Shown here in pieces: positions 1 to 8,409 of a stretch of DNA of 64,000 nt (its first letter is position 1; the number at the start of each line of letters is the position of its first letter). Source of the stretch: Candidatus Cloacimonadales bacterium (GTDB lineage: Bacteria; Cloacimonadota; Cloacimonadia; Cloacimonadales; JAFGVF01); the NCBI GenBank assembly GCA_963662585.1, contig OY759729.1, positions 2,944,001 to 3,008,000 of the forward strand. Direction: 5' to 3'. A program made the translations under genes and the position numbers. The notes beneath the pieces were generated by a model. It saw nothing but the letters and a program-made list of their open reading frames with translations. It was not told where the DNA came from and ran no database searches.

Positions 1-1
1 T

Positions 2-286
2 TATCATGTTGATTTCCCTAACCCTGTAGGTATTAATGCTCCTAATGAACTCGGTATCTATGATATGTCAGGTAATGTTTGTGAATGGTGTTGGGATTAC
101 TTTAACAAGTATTCAGCTGAAGAAGTAACTAATCCTCTTGGTCCAATTCTAGGTGATGAAAGAGTTATCCGAGGTGGAAGTTGGGGATCATCTGAAAGCT
201 CCTGTTGCGTGAGTTATCGTGAATTTAGAGAACCTAATAAGAGAAATTGTGAGATTGGGTTGAGGATTATTATAAATGCAAAATAA
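2..286 (+). CDS. C-terminal end of an FGE-sulfatase (SUMF1/CLec-fold) domain protein, 5' truncated by window edge
   Basis: Frame is open from base 2: ...NPVGINAPNELGIYDMSGNVCEWCWD...RVIRGGSW...IGLR, the typical FGE-sulfatase motifs, paralogous to the tail of 3923..5797. Confidence 0.85.
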   Translation, partial: YHVDFPNPVGINAPNELGIYDMSGNVCEWCWDYFNKYSAEEVTNPLGPILGDERVIRGGSWGSSESSCCVSYREFREPNKRNCEIGLRIIINAK

Positions 287-459
287 TTATATAGTGTCTT
301 TTTAAAAAAAAATAAGAGAATAAAATGAGTTGAATTATATCTTTTTAAAAATCGTGTAGTTTTTTAATTCACTCAAGCATTTTGAGTGTAACCAAGGTTT
401 ATTTGATTTACATAGAAAAAATAAGATACTTGTCTGTATCTTATAACTAAGGAGAAAAA

Positions 460-3400
460 ATGCCTTTTTGTACAGAATGTGGGAGGTCTTATCAGGATGA
501 AGCAAGATTTTGTCCTCATTGTGGTAATCCAAATGCATTAACTAAGAATATAGAACAAGAAATTGATAACGCTCATAAGCTCAGGAAATCCACTGAGCTT
601 GGTCAATCAGGACAGTATGGCATGTCTGAGGATTTAGAAATAAGAAGAAAAACTAATGTTTCTGATGGTGGTAGTTATGGTTTGGACATATACAATTTAG
701 AAAATGGGACAAAATTAGAAAATGGGAAATTTACTATAATTAAGAAACTAGGACAGGGAGGATTCGGTGTTGTCTATCAAGCTTCAGATGAGAATTTCAA
801 TGGGAAGCTAAAAGCCTTAAAAATTATCAATAACGAACATTACAGCGATCGCTTGCTTATAGATAAACTCAAGAATGAAGCGATTAAAATGATCGATATA
901 AATGACTCTAATGTTGTTAGATTATATTCTTTATATCTAGATGGTAATATTAAATTCTTTGATATGGAGTTTGTGGATGGTGGTGATTTAGTTGATTTAA
1001 TGCTTAAATATCGTGATTATAAAGTTCCTGAAGAGAAAGTTTGGGAATTAATTCCTCAAATAGCCCAAGGAATGCAAGCAATCCATGAAACAAAGATTTT
1101 TCACTTAGATCTAAAGCCCGAAAATATTCTTTTAACCTCTTCAGGAAGAGTTAAAATTACGGATTTTGGTATTTCAGAAACTAATAAAAGTTCTAAATCA
1201 AGAATAAAAAAAACAGAAGAAAAGGGGACTTATAACTTCGCATCTCCAGAGCAATTGGATGGTGATGAGGTAGGACGGGAATCAGACATTTGGTCTTTTG
1301 GTGTAACCTTATATCATATTTTAACAGGTAAAACACTTTATTCAGGGAAGTCAAGCTCAGATGTGATTACTCAAATTGAAAGAAGAGTCTTAAAACCTAT
1401 CATTGGCGTATCTGATAAAATGAATGCCTTGCTTGCTAAGTGTCTAAAGAGAGATTATAAAGAGAGGTTTAGGGATTTTGGAGAAGTGTTGGAGTTTGTC
1501 AAAACAGACTATTCTCTATCAATTTTTGATAGTTTTGATTATCTGTTAGATTTAGCAGTTAAAGGTGATAAAGATGCTCAATATAAGCTTGGTGATAAAT
1601 ACTATTATGGTTCTGGTGTAGAAGAAGACGAAGCTGAAGCAGTGAAGTGGTACAGAAAAGCAGCAAAACAAGGGAATAAAAAAGCACTAGTCGCTTTAAA
1701 AAACATCCAAGAAATTGTTAAAAGAGATAGCTTGAATAAAACTAAGATAGAAATTATACCCAAGAGTGGTAATGATAGTTTTTTAAATTTGGCAAATCTA
1801 TCCAATGGCTCAAAATTTATTAATGAGCGTTACACTATTCTTGAAAAGTTAGGAGCAAGTGGATTCGGAGTTGTTTATAAAGCTTCAGATGCTAATTATG
1901 ATGGTGAACTTAAGGCTCTTAAGGTTATCTATATTGAAAATTATAGCGATAGATTAGTTATGCATAAACTAAAAACTGAAGCTGAAAATATGATTAAGAT
2001 TAATCATCCTAATGTTGTCCGACTCTATGATCTTCATTTTGATGGTGAAATTAAGTTTTTAGATATGGAGTTTGTGGATGGTAGTGATTTAGCTGTTTTA
2101 ATGAAACAATATCCTAGATATAGAATTCCTGAAGAAAAGGTTTGTGAGTTAGTTCCTCAAATAGTTCATGGAATGCAAGCTATTCATGAAAAAAACATAC
2201 TCCATTTAAGCCTTAAACCCGAAAATATTCTCTTAACTTCTTCAGGAAGAATAAAAATCACGGATTTTGGTTTCTCAGAGAACTTTATGGAAGGTCCTAC
2301 TGTTTATGCTTCCCCTGAACAATTAATAGGAAGGAACATTGGTAAAGAGACCGATATATGGTCATTTGGTGTAACCTTATATCATCTTTTAACTGGCGAA
2401 ACACTTTATTCTGTAACTCAAAGTAGTGATATTTTAACTCAAATAAATAATCAGGAGTTTAAACCTATCTCAGGAGTATCTGATAAAATGAATACTCTGC
2501 TAGCTAAATGTTTGAAGAAAGATTACAAAGAGAGATTTAGGGATTTTGGAGAGGTGTTAGAGTATATAAAGCTAAGTAAATTAGACAAATATATATCTTC
2601 AAGTAGTTCAAAAGTTGAAGAAATCAACAATAGTAGTAAGCAGAAAACAAACTCATTATATGAAACAAAATTTAAATCAAAGAAAAAAATACCTTGGATT
2701 CATAGTGGTGAGTACTATGTTGAAAAATTTAAACTCAAACTATATTGGATTGGCTTATTCATTGGATTGATTATATTGCTATACCTATTATCCTTTCTAA
2801 AGGTCGATATATATAATTGTTTGGGAGATGGATATTTATATGGAAAATGTCTGATAAGTCAAAATCAGGAAAAGGCTTATCAATGGTATCGAAAATCAGC
2901 AGAGAATGGTGATGTGTATGCTCAGAATAATCTTGGTTGGATGTATTATAATGGTAATGGTGTAGATAAAGACTATACTGAAGCAGTAAAGTGGTTTAGA
3001 AAAGCGGCAGATCAAGGAAGTGCATATGCTCAAAATTATCTTGGTAGTATGTATTGGAATGGTTATGGTGTAGATAAAGACTATACTCAAGCAGTAAAAT
3101 GGTATCGAAAATCAGCAGAACAAGGATATGCAATTGCGCAAGATAATCTTGGTTTGATGTTTTGCAATGGCTATGGTATAGATAAAGACTATACTCAAGC
3201 AATAAAGTGGTACAGAAAATCAGCAGAACAGGGTGATGCAAGCGCTCAAAATAATCTTGGTTGGATGTATGAAAATGGTTATGGTGTAGATAAAGACTAT
3301 ACTGAAGCAGTAAAATGGTATCAAAAATCCGCTGAACAAGGAAATGCATTTGCTCAAAATAATCTTGGTTTGTTGTATAAAAATGGTTATGGTGTAGATA

Positions 3401-3825
3401 AAGATTATTCTGAGGCAGTAAAGTGGTACAGAAAATCAGCAGAACAGGGAAATGCATATGCTCAATATAATCTTGGTTTTATGTATCATAATGGTTATGG
3501 AGTAGATAAAGACTATTCTGAAGCAATAAAATGGTTTAGAAAATCAGCAGAACAGGGAAATGCAAGTGCTCAAAATAATCTTGGTTGGATGTATTGGAAT
3601 GGTTATGGAGTAGATAAAGACTATACTGAAGCAGTAAAATGGTATCAAAAATCCGCTAAACAAGGAAATGCAAGTGCTCAATATAATCTTGGTGTTATGT
3701 ATGAAAATGGTTATGGTGTAGATAAAGACGATGCTGAAGCAGTAAAATGGTATAAAAGATCAGCAGAACTAGGTGATAAAGATGCTATAAAAATTTTAGA
3801 AAAAAAGAGAATTAGTATTGATTAA
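460..3825 (+). CDS. Zn-ribbon + Ser/Thr kinase + SEL1 + second (pseudo)kinase + TM helix + SEL1-repeat protein
   Basis: CxxC...CxxC N-terminus. Kinase 1 has GQGGFG, ALK, HLDLKPEN, DFG, SPE. Kinase 2 has HLSLKPEN. Hydrophobic stretch LYWIGLFIGLIILLYLL, then 36-aa SEL1 repeats. RBS AAGGAG upstream. Confidence 0.9.
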   Translation: MPFCTECGRSYQDEARFCPHCGNPNALTKNIEQEIDNAHKLRKSTELGQSGQYGMSEDLEIRRKTNVSDGGSYGLDIYNLENGTKLENGKFTIIKKLGQGGFGVVYQASDENFNGKLKALKIINNEHYSDRLLIDKLKNEAIKMIDINDSNVVRLYSLYLDGNIKFFDMEFVDGGDLVDLMLKYRDYKVPEEKVWELIPQIAQGMQAIHETKIFHLDLKPENILLTSSGRVKITDFGISETNKSSKSRIKKTEEKGTYNFASPEQLDGDEVGRESDIWSFGVTLYHILTGKTLYSGKSSSDVITQIERRVLKPIIGVSDKMNALLAKCLKRDYKERFRDFGEVLEFVKTDYSLSIFDSFDYLLDLAVKGDKDAQYKLGDKYYYGSGVEEDEAEAVKWYRKAAKQGNKKALVALKNIQEIVKRDSLNKTKIEIIPKSGNDSFLNLANLSNGSKFINERYTILEKLGASGFGVVYKASDANYDGELKALKVIYIENYSDRLVMHKLKTEAENMIKINHPNVVRLYDLHFDGEIKFLDMEFVDGSDLAVLMKQYPRYRIPEEKVCELVPQIVHGMQAIHEKNILHLSLKPENILLTSSGRIKITDFGFSENFMEGPTVYASPEQLIGRNIGKETDIWSFGVTLYHLLTGETLYSVTQSSDILTQINNQEFKPISGVSDKMNTLLAKCLKKDYKERFRDFGEVLEYIKLSKLDKYISSSSSKVEEINNSSKQKTNSLYETKFKSKKKIPWIHSGEYYVEKFKLKLYWIGLFIGLIILLYLLSFLKVDIYNCLGDGYLYGKCLISQNQEKAYQWYRKSAENGDVYAQNNLGWMYYNGNGVDKDYTEAVKWFRKAADQGSAYAQNYLGSMYWNGYGVDKDYTQAVKWYRKSAEQGYAIAQDNLGLMFCNGYGIDKDYTQAIKWYRKSAEQGDASAQNNLGWMYENGYGVDKDYTEAVKWYQKSAEQGNAFAQNNLGLLYKNGYGVDKDYSEAVKWYRKSAEQGNAYAQYNLGFMYHNGYGVDKDYSEAIKWFRKSAEQGNASAQNNLGWMYWNGYGVDKDYTEAVKWYQKSAKQGNASAQYNLGVMYENGYGVDKDDAEAVKWYKRSAELGDKDAIKILEKKRISID
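2905..3800 (+). repeat. Eight tandem 108-bp SEL1-coding repeats
   Basis: Units AQxNLGxMYxNGYGVDKDYxEAVKWYRKSAEQG with near-identical DNA. Confidence 0.9.
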
Positions 3826-3922
3826 TCCTTGAAGTGCCACCAAAAACTATATTTATTATAAGAAATAAAAAAATATCTTTCGTTAAAAAAATAGAATAAG
3901 CAAAAAAGACAAAGGAGCAAGG

Positions 3923-5797
3923 ATGCCTTTTTGTAGAAAATGTGGTAATGATATAGAAAATAATGATTTGTATTGTCCGGTTTGTGGTGAACCCAACAAG
4001 CTAATAGCTAAAGCTAAAACAGCTGTTACTGATAATTCTAATAATTTACGCTCACATACTCTTGTTTCCGAAAGTGGAAGTTATGGCTTAAATGTTAAAA
4101 ATCTCCTTGTAGGTACTACATTGGAAAACGGACGCTACACTATTCTTGAAAAGTTAGGAGCAGGTGGATTCGGAGTTGTTTATAAAGCTTCAGACGCTAA
4201 TTATGATGGTGAACTTAAGGCTCTTAAAGTTATTTATAGTGAAAATTATAGCGATAGATTAGTTATGCATAAACTAAAAACTGAAGCTAAAAATATGATT
4301 AAGATCAATCACCCTAATGTAGTCAGACTCTATGATGTTCATTTTGATGGTGAGATTAAATTTTTAGATATGGAGTTTGTGGATGGTGGCGATTTAGTTG
4401 ATTTAATGCTAAACTGTCCTGAAAACAAGGTTTCTGAAAATAAAGTATGGGAGCTGGCTAAACAAATTGCCCAAGGGATGCAAGCTATTCATCAGGTAAA
4501 TCTTATTCATCAAGATTTAAAACCAGAAAATATTCTACTTACTAAATCAGGAGTCGTTAAGATTACTGACTTTGGTATTTCTGAGAGCTTTAGAAGTTCT
4601 AAATCGAGAATAGAAGAGAGTGATATAAAGGGAACCTATATCTATGCTTCTCCAGAGCAATTAGTTGGAAAGAATGTGGGTAAAGAGGCGGATGTTTGGT
4701 CATTTGGGTCTACTTTATATCATATTCTAACTGGAGAAACACTTTATTCTGGGATTCAAAGTAGTGAAATAATTCTACAAATAGATAGAAGAGAGTTTGA
4801 AGAAATTCCTGACATCTCAAGTAAAATGAATAGAATGCTAAGTTTGTCTTTAAAACGAAATTTCTTAGAACGATTTAATGATTTTGAACATTTATTAGGT
4901 TTTATTAATAATAATGCTGAAACAGAGAATTATTATAACATTGAAACAACCAAGGTCACTTCTAACATAAAAATGAATAATGGTAGTTATCTAGAAAATA
5001 GCATGATTTTTGTAGCAGGTGGGGTATTTTTAATGGGATCTAATTGTGGAAAATCTGTTGAAAGCCCTGTTCATGAAGTAGAATTATCAGATTTCTACAT
5101 TGGGAAATATCCAGTTACTCAAGAAGAATGGATTGATATAATGGGCTCTAATCCTTCACGATTTCAAAAAGGTAGAAGAACTGAGAGTGCATTCATTTTT
5201 GGCTGGGAAATTCTTGGGGAAACATTGAAACATCCAGTCGAAAGTATCTCTTGGACTGAGGCCATAGAATTTTGTAACAGAAAAAGTGTTAGGGATGAGC
5301 TAGAACCAGTATATTCAGGTCCTAGTGGTAATCCAATATGTGATTTTAACAAAAATGGCTATCGGTTACCAACTGAGGCTGAATGGGAATTTGCAGCTAG
5401 AGGGGGGAATCACTCAAAAGGTTTTGTCTATAGTGGAGGAACTAATATTGATTTTGTAGCATGGTATAAAGAAAATTCAAAAAATTCTACCCAGCAGGTA
5501 GGTTTAAAGAAACCTAATGAACTTGGTATTTTTGACATGTCTGGAAATGTTTATGAATGGTGTTGGGATTTGTTTAAGCCATATCATAAAAAATCAGTAA
5601 AAAACCCTAAAGGGCACAAAAGCATTTTTATCAACTGTCCTATTGTTGTTAGAGGCGGTTGCTGGCAAAAACATGACAGTAGTTGCTTGGTCTCTTCTAG
5701 ATTTAATTTTTTGAGAAGAGGGGGAATTTTAAAATCTTCAAAATCATATATCGGTTTACGATTAGCCAGTAGTGCTAAGCAGACTAAAATTAGTTAA
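3923..5797 (+). CDS. Zn-ribbon + Ser/Thr kinase + FGE-sulfatase domain protein
   Basis: CRKC/CPVC; GAGGFG, HQDLKPEN, DFG; then FLMGS, PVT, YRLPTEAEWEFAARGG, DMSGNVYEWCWD, RGG. Confidence 0.9.
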   Translation: MPFCRKCGNDIENNDLYCPVCGEPNKLIAKAKTAVTDNSNNLRSHTLVSESGSYGLNVKNLLVGTTLENGRYTILEKLGAGGFGVVYKASDANYDGELKALKVIYSENYSDRLVMHKLKTEAKNMIKINHPNVVRLYDVHFDGEIKFLDMEFVDGGDLVDLMLNCPENKVSENKVWELAKQIAQGMQAIHQVNLIHQDLKPENILLTKSGVVKITDFGISESFRSSKSRIEESDIKGTYIYASPEQLVGKNVGKEADVWSFGSTLYHILTGETLYSGIQSSEIILQIDRREFEEIPDISSKMNRMLSLSLKRNFLERFNDFEHLLGFINNNAETENYYNIETTKVTSNIKMNNGSYLENSMIFVAGGVFLMGSNCGKSVESPVHEVELSDFYIGKYPVTQEEWIDIMGSNPSRFQKGRRTESAFIFGWEILGETLKHPVESISWTEAIEFCNRKSVRDELEPVYSGPSGNPICDFNKNGYRLPTEAEWEFAARGGNHSKGFVYSGGTNIDFVAWYKENSKNSTQQVGLKKPNELGIFDMSGNVYEWCWDLFKPYHKKSVKNPKGHKSIFINCPIVVRGGCWQKHDSSCLVSSRFNFLRRGGILKSSKSYIGLRLASSAKQTKIS

Positions 5798-5876
5798 TAT
5801 TATCCTGGACACCTCAAACAGAATAAAGAGAAAATTTTTTGAAAGTAATGTTTATTGGGTCAAACTTTTAGAATAC

Positions 5877-5993
5877 GGAGAGAAAATGCCTTTCTTACAG
5901 AATGAAAAAAGTCTTTATGACAGTACTAAATTGGGAAAAGAACTTTACACTATTCTTGAAAAGCTAGAAAATTCCATAATGAGGTTTAAATGA
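5877..5993 (+). pseudogene. Deleted relic of another Zn-ribbon kinase gene
   Basis: GGAGAGAAAATGCCTTTCTTACAGAATG resembles the start of 460..3825 (GGAGAAAAAATGCCTTTTTGTACAGAATG). TACACTATTCTTGAAAAG (5946-5963) is identical to kinase N-lobe sequence at 1831 and 4136. Confidence 0.7.
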
Positions 5994-6598
5994 AATACTT
6001 AAAATATATAGTCTTACTGATTTTATATTTTGTTCTCTTTTCTTATGCAAAACAATATAAGGCAATTGTAAGCAAGATAGAGTTCTCAAGTTTGTTATTA
6101 TTTATTGCACTATTTATAATATGTAGTTTCTTTAGCTATTTTTATTTAAACAAGAAGATACAATTTTGGCAGGTATTTGCTCATGAAATATCTCATTTGA
6201 TCTTTGCTCTTTTATTTTTTAGAAAAATTACCAGCTTTGTAGTTGCCGAGAATTCAGGCTCAGTCTCCTACCAAGGAAGAGGAAACTGGATAATTACTTT
6301 GGCACCTTATACATTTCCTTTAATAACACTAGTTCTTCTTTCTTTTGCCACAATAGGTAATTATTATACTATTCCTCACAAAATTATAATTACAGCTAGT
6401 TATTCTCTCTATTTTTCAAGAATGCTAGCAGATTTCTCTTGGAAAGAACCTGATTTGCTGAAAGCTGGTAGAGTTTTCTCAACACTTTGGGTAGCTGGGA
6501 TAAATGTCATAATCTTCCTTTTTATATTATTTTATCTTCAAAATGAAATTGATTTTATTCTTAACCTTACTAAAGGATTTATTCCAAAATTCATCTAA
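5990..6598 (+). CDS. M50B-like membrane metallopeptidase
   Basis: Very hydrophobic protein with HEISH (HExxH), G-x-V segment, LAPY motif and a downstream conserved D (EPDL). Confidence 0.75.
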   Translation: MKYLKYIVLLILYFVLFSYAKQYKAIVSKIEFSSLLLFIALFIICSFFSYFYLNKKIQFWQVFAHEISHLIFALLFFRKITSFVVAENSGSVSYQGRGNWIITLAPYTFPLITLVLLSFATIGNYYTIPHKIIITASYSLYFSRMLADFSWKEPDLLKAGRVFSTLWVAGINVIIFLFILFYLQNEIDFILNLTKGFIPKFI

Positions 6599-6605
6599 GG
6601 AGGAT

Positions 6606-6911
6606 ATGATGAACTATCAAGATGAGTTGACTTTAAAAGAGACAGGTATTCTTGCCCAAAAAGATTTAGAACTTTTAGCAGAGTATAACATTGAGACCAT
6701 CGAACAACTATTAGGGGCTACAAACGGATTACAGAATATAGATATTTTTAATGAAATGGATAACAAAGGCCACAAAATTGATTTATTGCTAAAGCTTGTC
6801 CCACAAATAATCTTGGAAAGCTATCGTAGATTTGAAAATGACCAGCCTACTGGTCTTTTATCTGATGAAGAAGAAGGGATAAATCTGGAGGATGATAATG
6901 AGAGAGAATGA
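6606..6911 (+). CDS. Small acidic hypothetical protein resembling the N-terminal domain of the downstream protease
   Basis: RBS AAGGAGG just before ATG 6606/6609, a better start than 6543. Motif LAEYNIETIEQLLGA. Overlaps the next gene. Confidence 0.7.
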   Translation: MMNYQDELTLKETGILAQKDLELLAEYNIETIEQLLGATNGLQNIDIFNEMDNKGHKIDLLLKLVPQIILESYRRFENDQPTGLLSDEEEGINLEDDNERE

Positions 6912-8196
6912 TCTTCTTTATAATTTATTCAGTCAAGTTAATAAAGAAAATGCTAGAAAATATGCTAATTCTTTAAAAAAGTATAATATTCATACAATTG
7001 GTCAATTATATGGAGCTCTTAACCCTCTTTTACCTAAAGTTACTGCACATCAAGTTAAAGAAAAAGCTTTAGCTGCTAATTACTTAAAATCTATAGAGAA
7101 AGTTAGAAGTCATGAATATCAAACAGCTACTTTAAAGAAAATTATTAAGGCACCTGCAGGAGAAATTGATAAAATAAGTAAGTTACTTAATAAAGTAGAA
7201 ATTCCTGCTAGTTCCTTAAAAAACAATAAATCAGTGCTCTCTTTAGGTTGTAAAAATTCTAAATATAACTTTAGAACAAGTTTTTGGTCTCAAGCTCCTA
7301 TACCAATAAATAGAGGGGAAGGACTTTTCGTAGTACCTAACTACTCTGATGCTGGAAGTGTCTTTAATCAAGGACAGCGTGGTACTTGTGTAGCTAATGC
7401 TACAGTTACCTTACTTGATTTTTTAACTAAAGAAAACTATTCCCGTCAGTTTCTTCACCACCAATGTAAAATGCTAGATGGAAGTCCCAATACGGGAGGA
7501 ACCTATTTAGAAATAGCTGCAAAAGTTTTATCCTTGGAATTGCTAAAAGACTATGGTTGTGTTGATGAAGACTCGTGGGGATATAATCCTTTTGAAGATT
7601 CAACTGAACATCAGGGACCACCACCTGAGAAAAGTTTTAATGGCCAACGCTTTGTAGGTAAAGAGATAGCCTATGTGCGAGAAAGCTCATCAGTAAAAGA
7701 TATTATAACTCTTCTTTCAGGTAGTAATGTTGCAAAACCTGTCCCGGTAGTAATTGGTGTTACTCTTTATTCATCATTTAATAATTACTCTTCTCAGCGA
7801 ACTGGTTGGGTAACTATGCCTTTACCTGGTGAATCAATTATTGGTGGACATGCCATGTTGATAGTTGGTTATAATCAAGAACAAAAGCTTTTCTTGGTTC
7901 GGAATAGCTGGGGATTTGATTGGGCTGTTGAAAATAAATGGGGATATCCAGGTCATGCTATAATTCCTTTTGCTTATATAAAAAAATATCTTCATGCAGG
8001 ATTCTCGGTTACTGAACATGATACAGAAGAATTTGTTGTTCCTGAAAAAGACAGGCTATACAATAAAAAAATTAGGTTAGAATCAGGTCAATTAGCAGCA
8101 TCAAAAAGAAGTGCAACTACTCATAAGAAGACAAAAAAGACCACTAAGAAGGCTAGTAAAAAGAAAGGCTTTTTTGAAAGATTGTTTAATAAATAG
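6892..8196 (+). CDS. Papain-like (C1A) cysteine peptidase
   Basis: NQGQRGTCVA (oxyanion Q and catalytic C), GGHAMLIVGY (H), VRNSWG (N). No signal peptide. Confidence 0.9.
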   Translation: MIMRENDLLYNLFSQVNKENARKYANSLKKYNIHTIGQLYGALNPLLPKVTAHQVKEKALAANYLKSIEKVRSHEYQTATLKKIIKAPAGEIDKISKLLNKVEIPASSLKNNKSVLSLGCKNSKYNFRTSFWSQAPIPINRGEGLFVVPNYSDAGSVFNQGQRGTCVANATVTLLDFLTKENYSRQFLHHQCKMLDGSPNTGGTYLEIAAKVLSLELLKDYGCVDEDSWGYNPFEDSTEHQGPPPEKSFNGQRFVGKEIAYVRESSSVKDIITLLSGSNVAKPVPVVIGVTLYSSFNNYSSQRTGWVTMPLPGESIIGGHAMLIVGYNQEQKLFLVRNSWGFDWAVENKWGYPGHAIIPFAYIKKYLHAGFSVTEHDTEEFVVPEKDRLYNKKIRLESGQLAASKRSATTHKKTKKTTKKASKKKGFFERLFNK

Positions 8197-8219
8197 TAAG
8201 GGGAAAAATGTTATTAATA

Positions 8220-8407
8220 CTAATCTTTCCGACATGAGTTAAGTTGTTGTTTAACAGTAAAATAAGTCAATTTACTTCTTGACAAAAATACCTCGTATAT
8301 GATTATAGTTTAGTTGTTTACGGAAATAAACGAAACTATAAAAAACGAGGTATATATGCTAAAAAAATACAAACAGGGAAAAGTGTCAAGCTTGAATTCA
8401 GGATTAA
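8220..8407 (+). mobile_element. Truncated inverted copy of the left end of the adjacent IS4-family element
   Basis: Reverse complement of 9875..10062 with few mismatches. Begins with the terminal repeat CTAATCTTTCCGACA. Confidence 0.9.
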
Positions 8408-8409
8408 AA

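Noticed and set aside
2896..3457. - strand His/Leu-rich ORFs
   Set aside because: Antisense shadows of the SEL1 repeats.
150..5797. Diversity-generating retroelement targeting the FGE/CLec C-termini
   Set aside because: FGE tails are typical DGR targets, but I found no reverse transcriptase and no template repeat differing only at adenines in this window. It cannot be excluded elsewhere in the genome.
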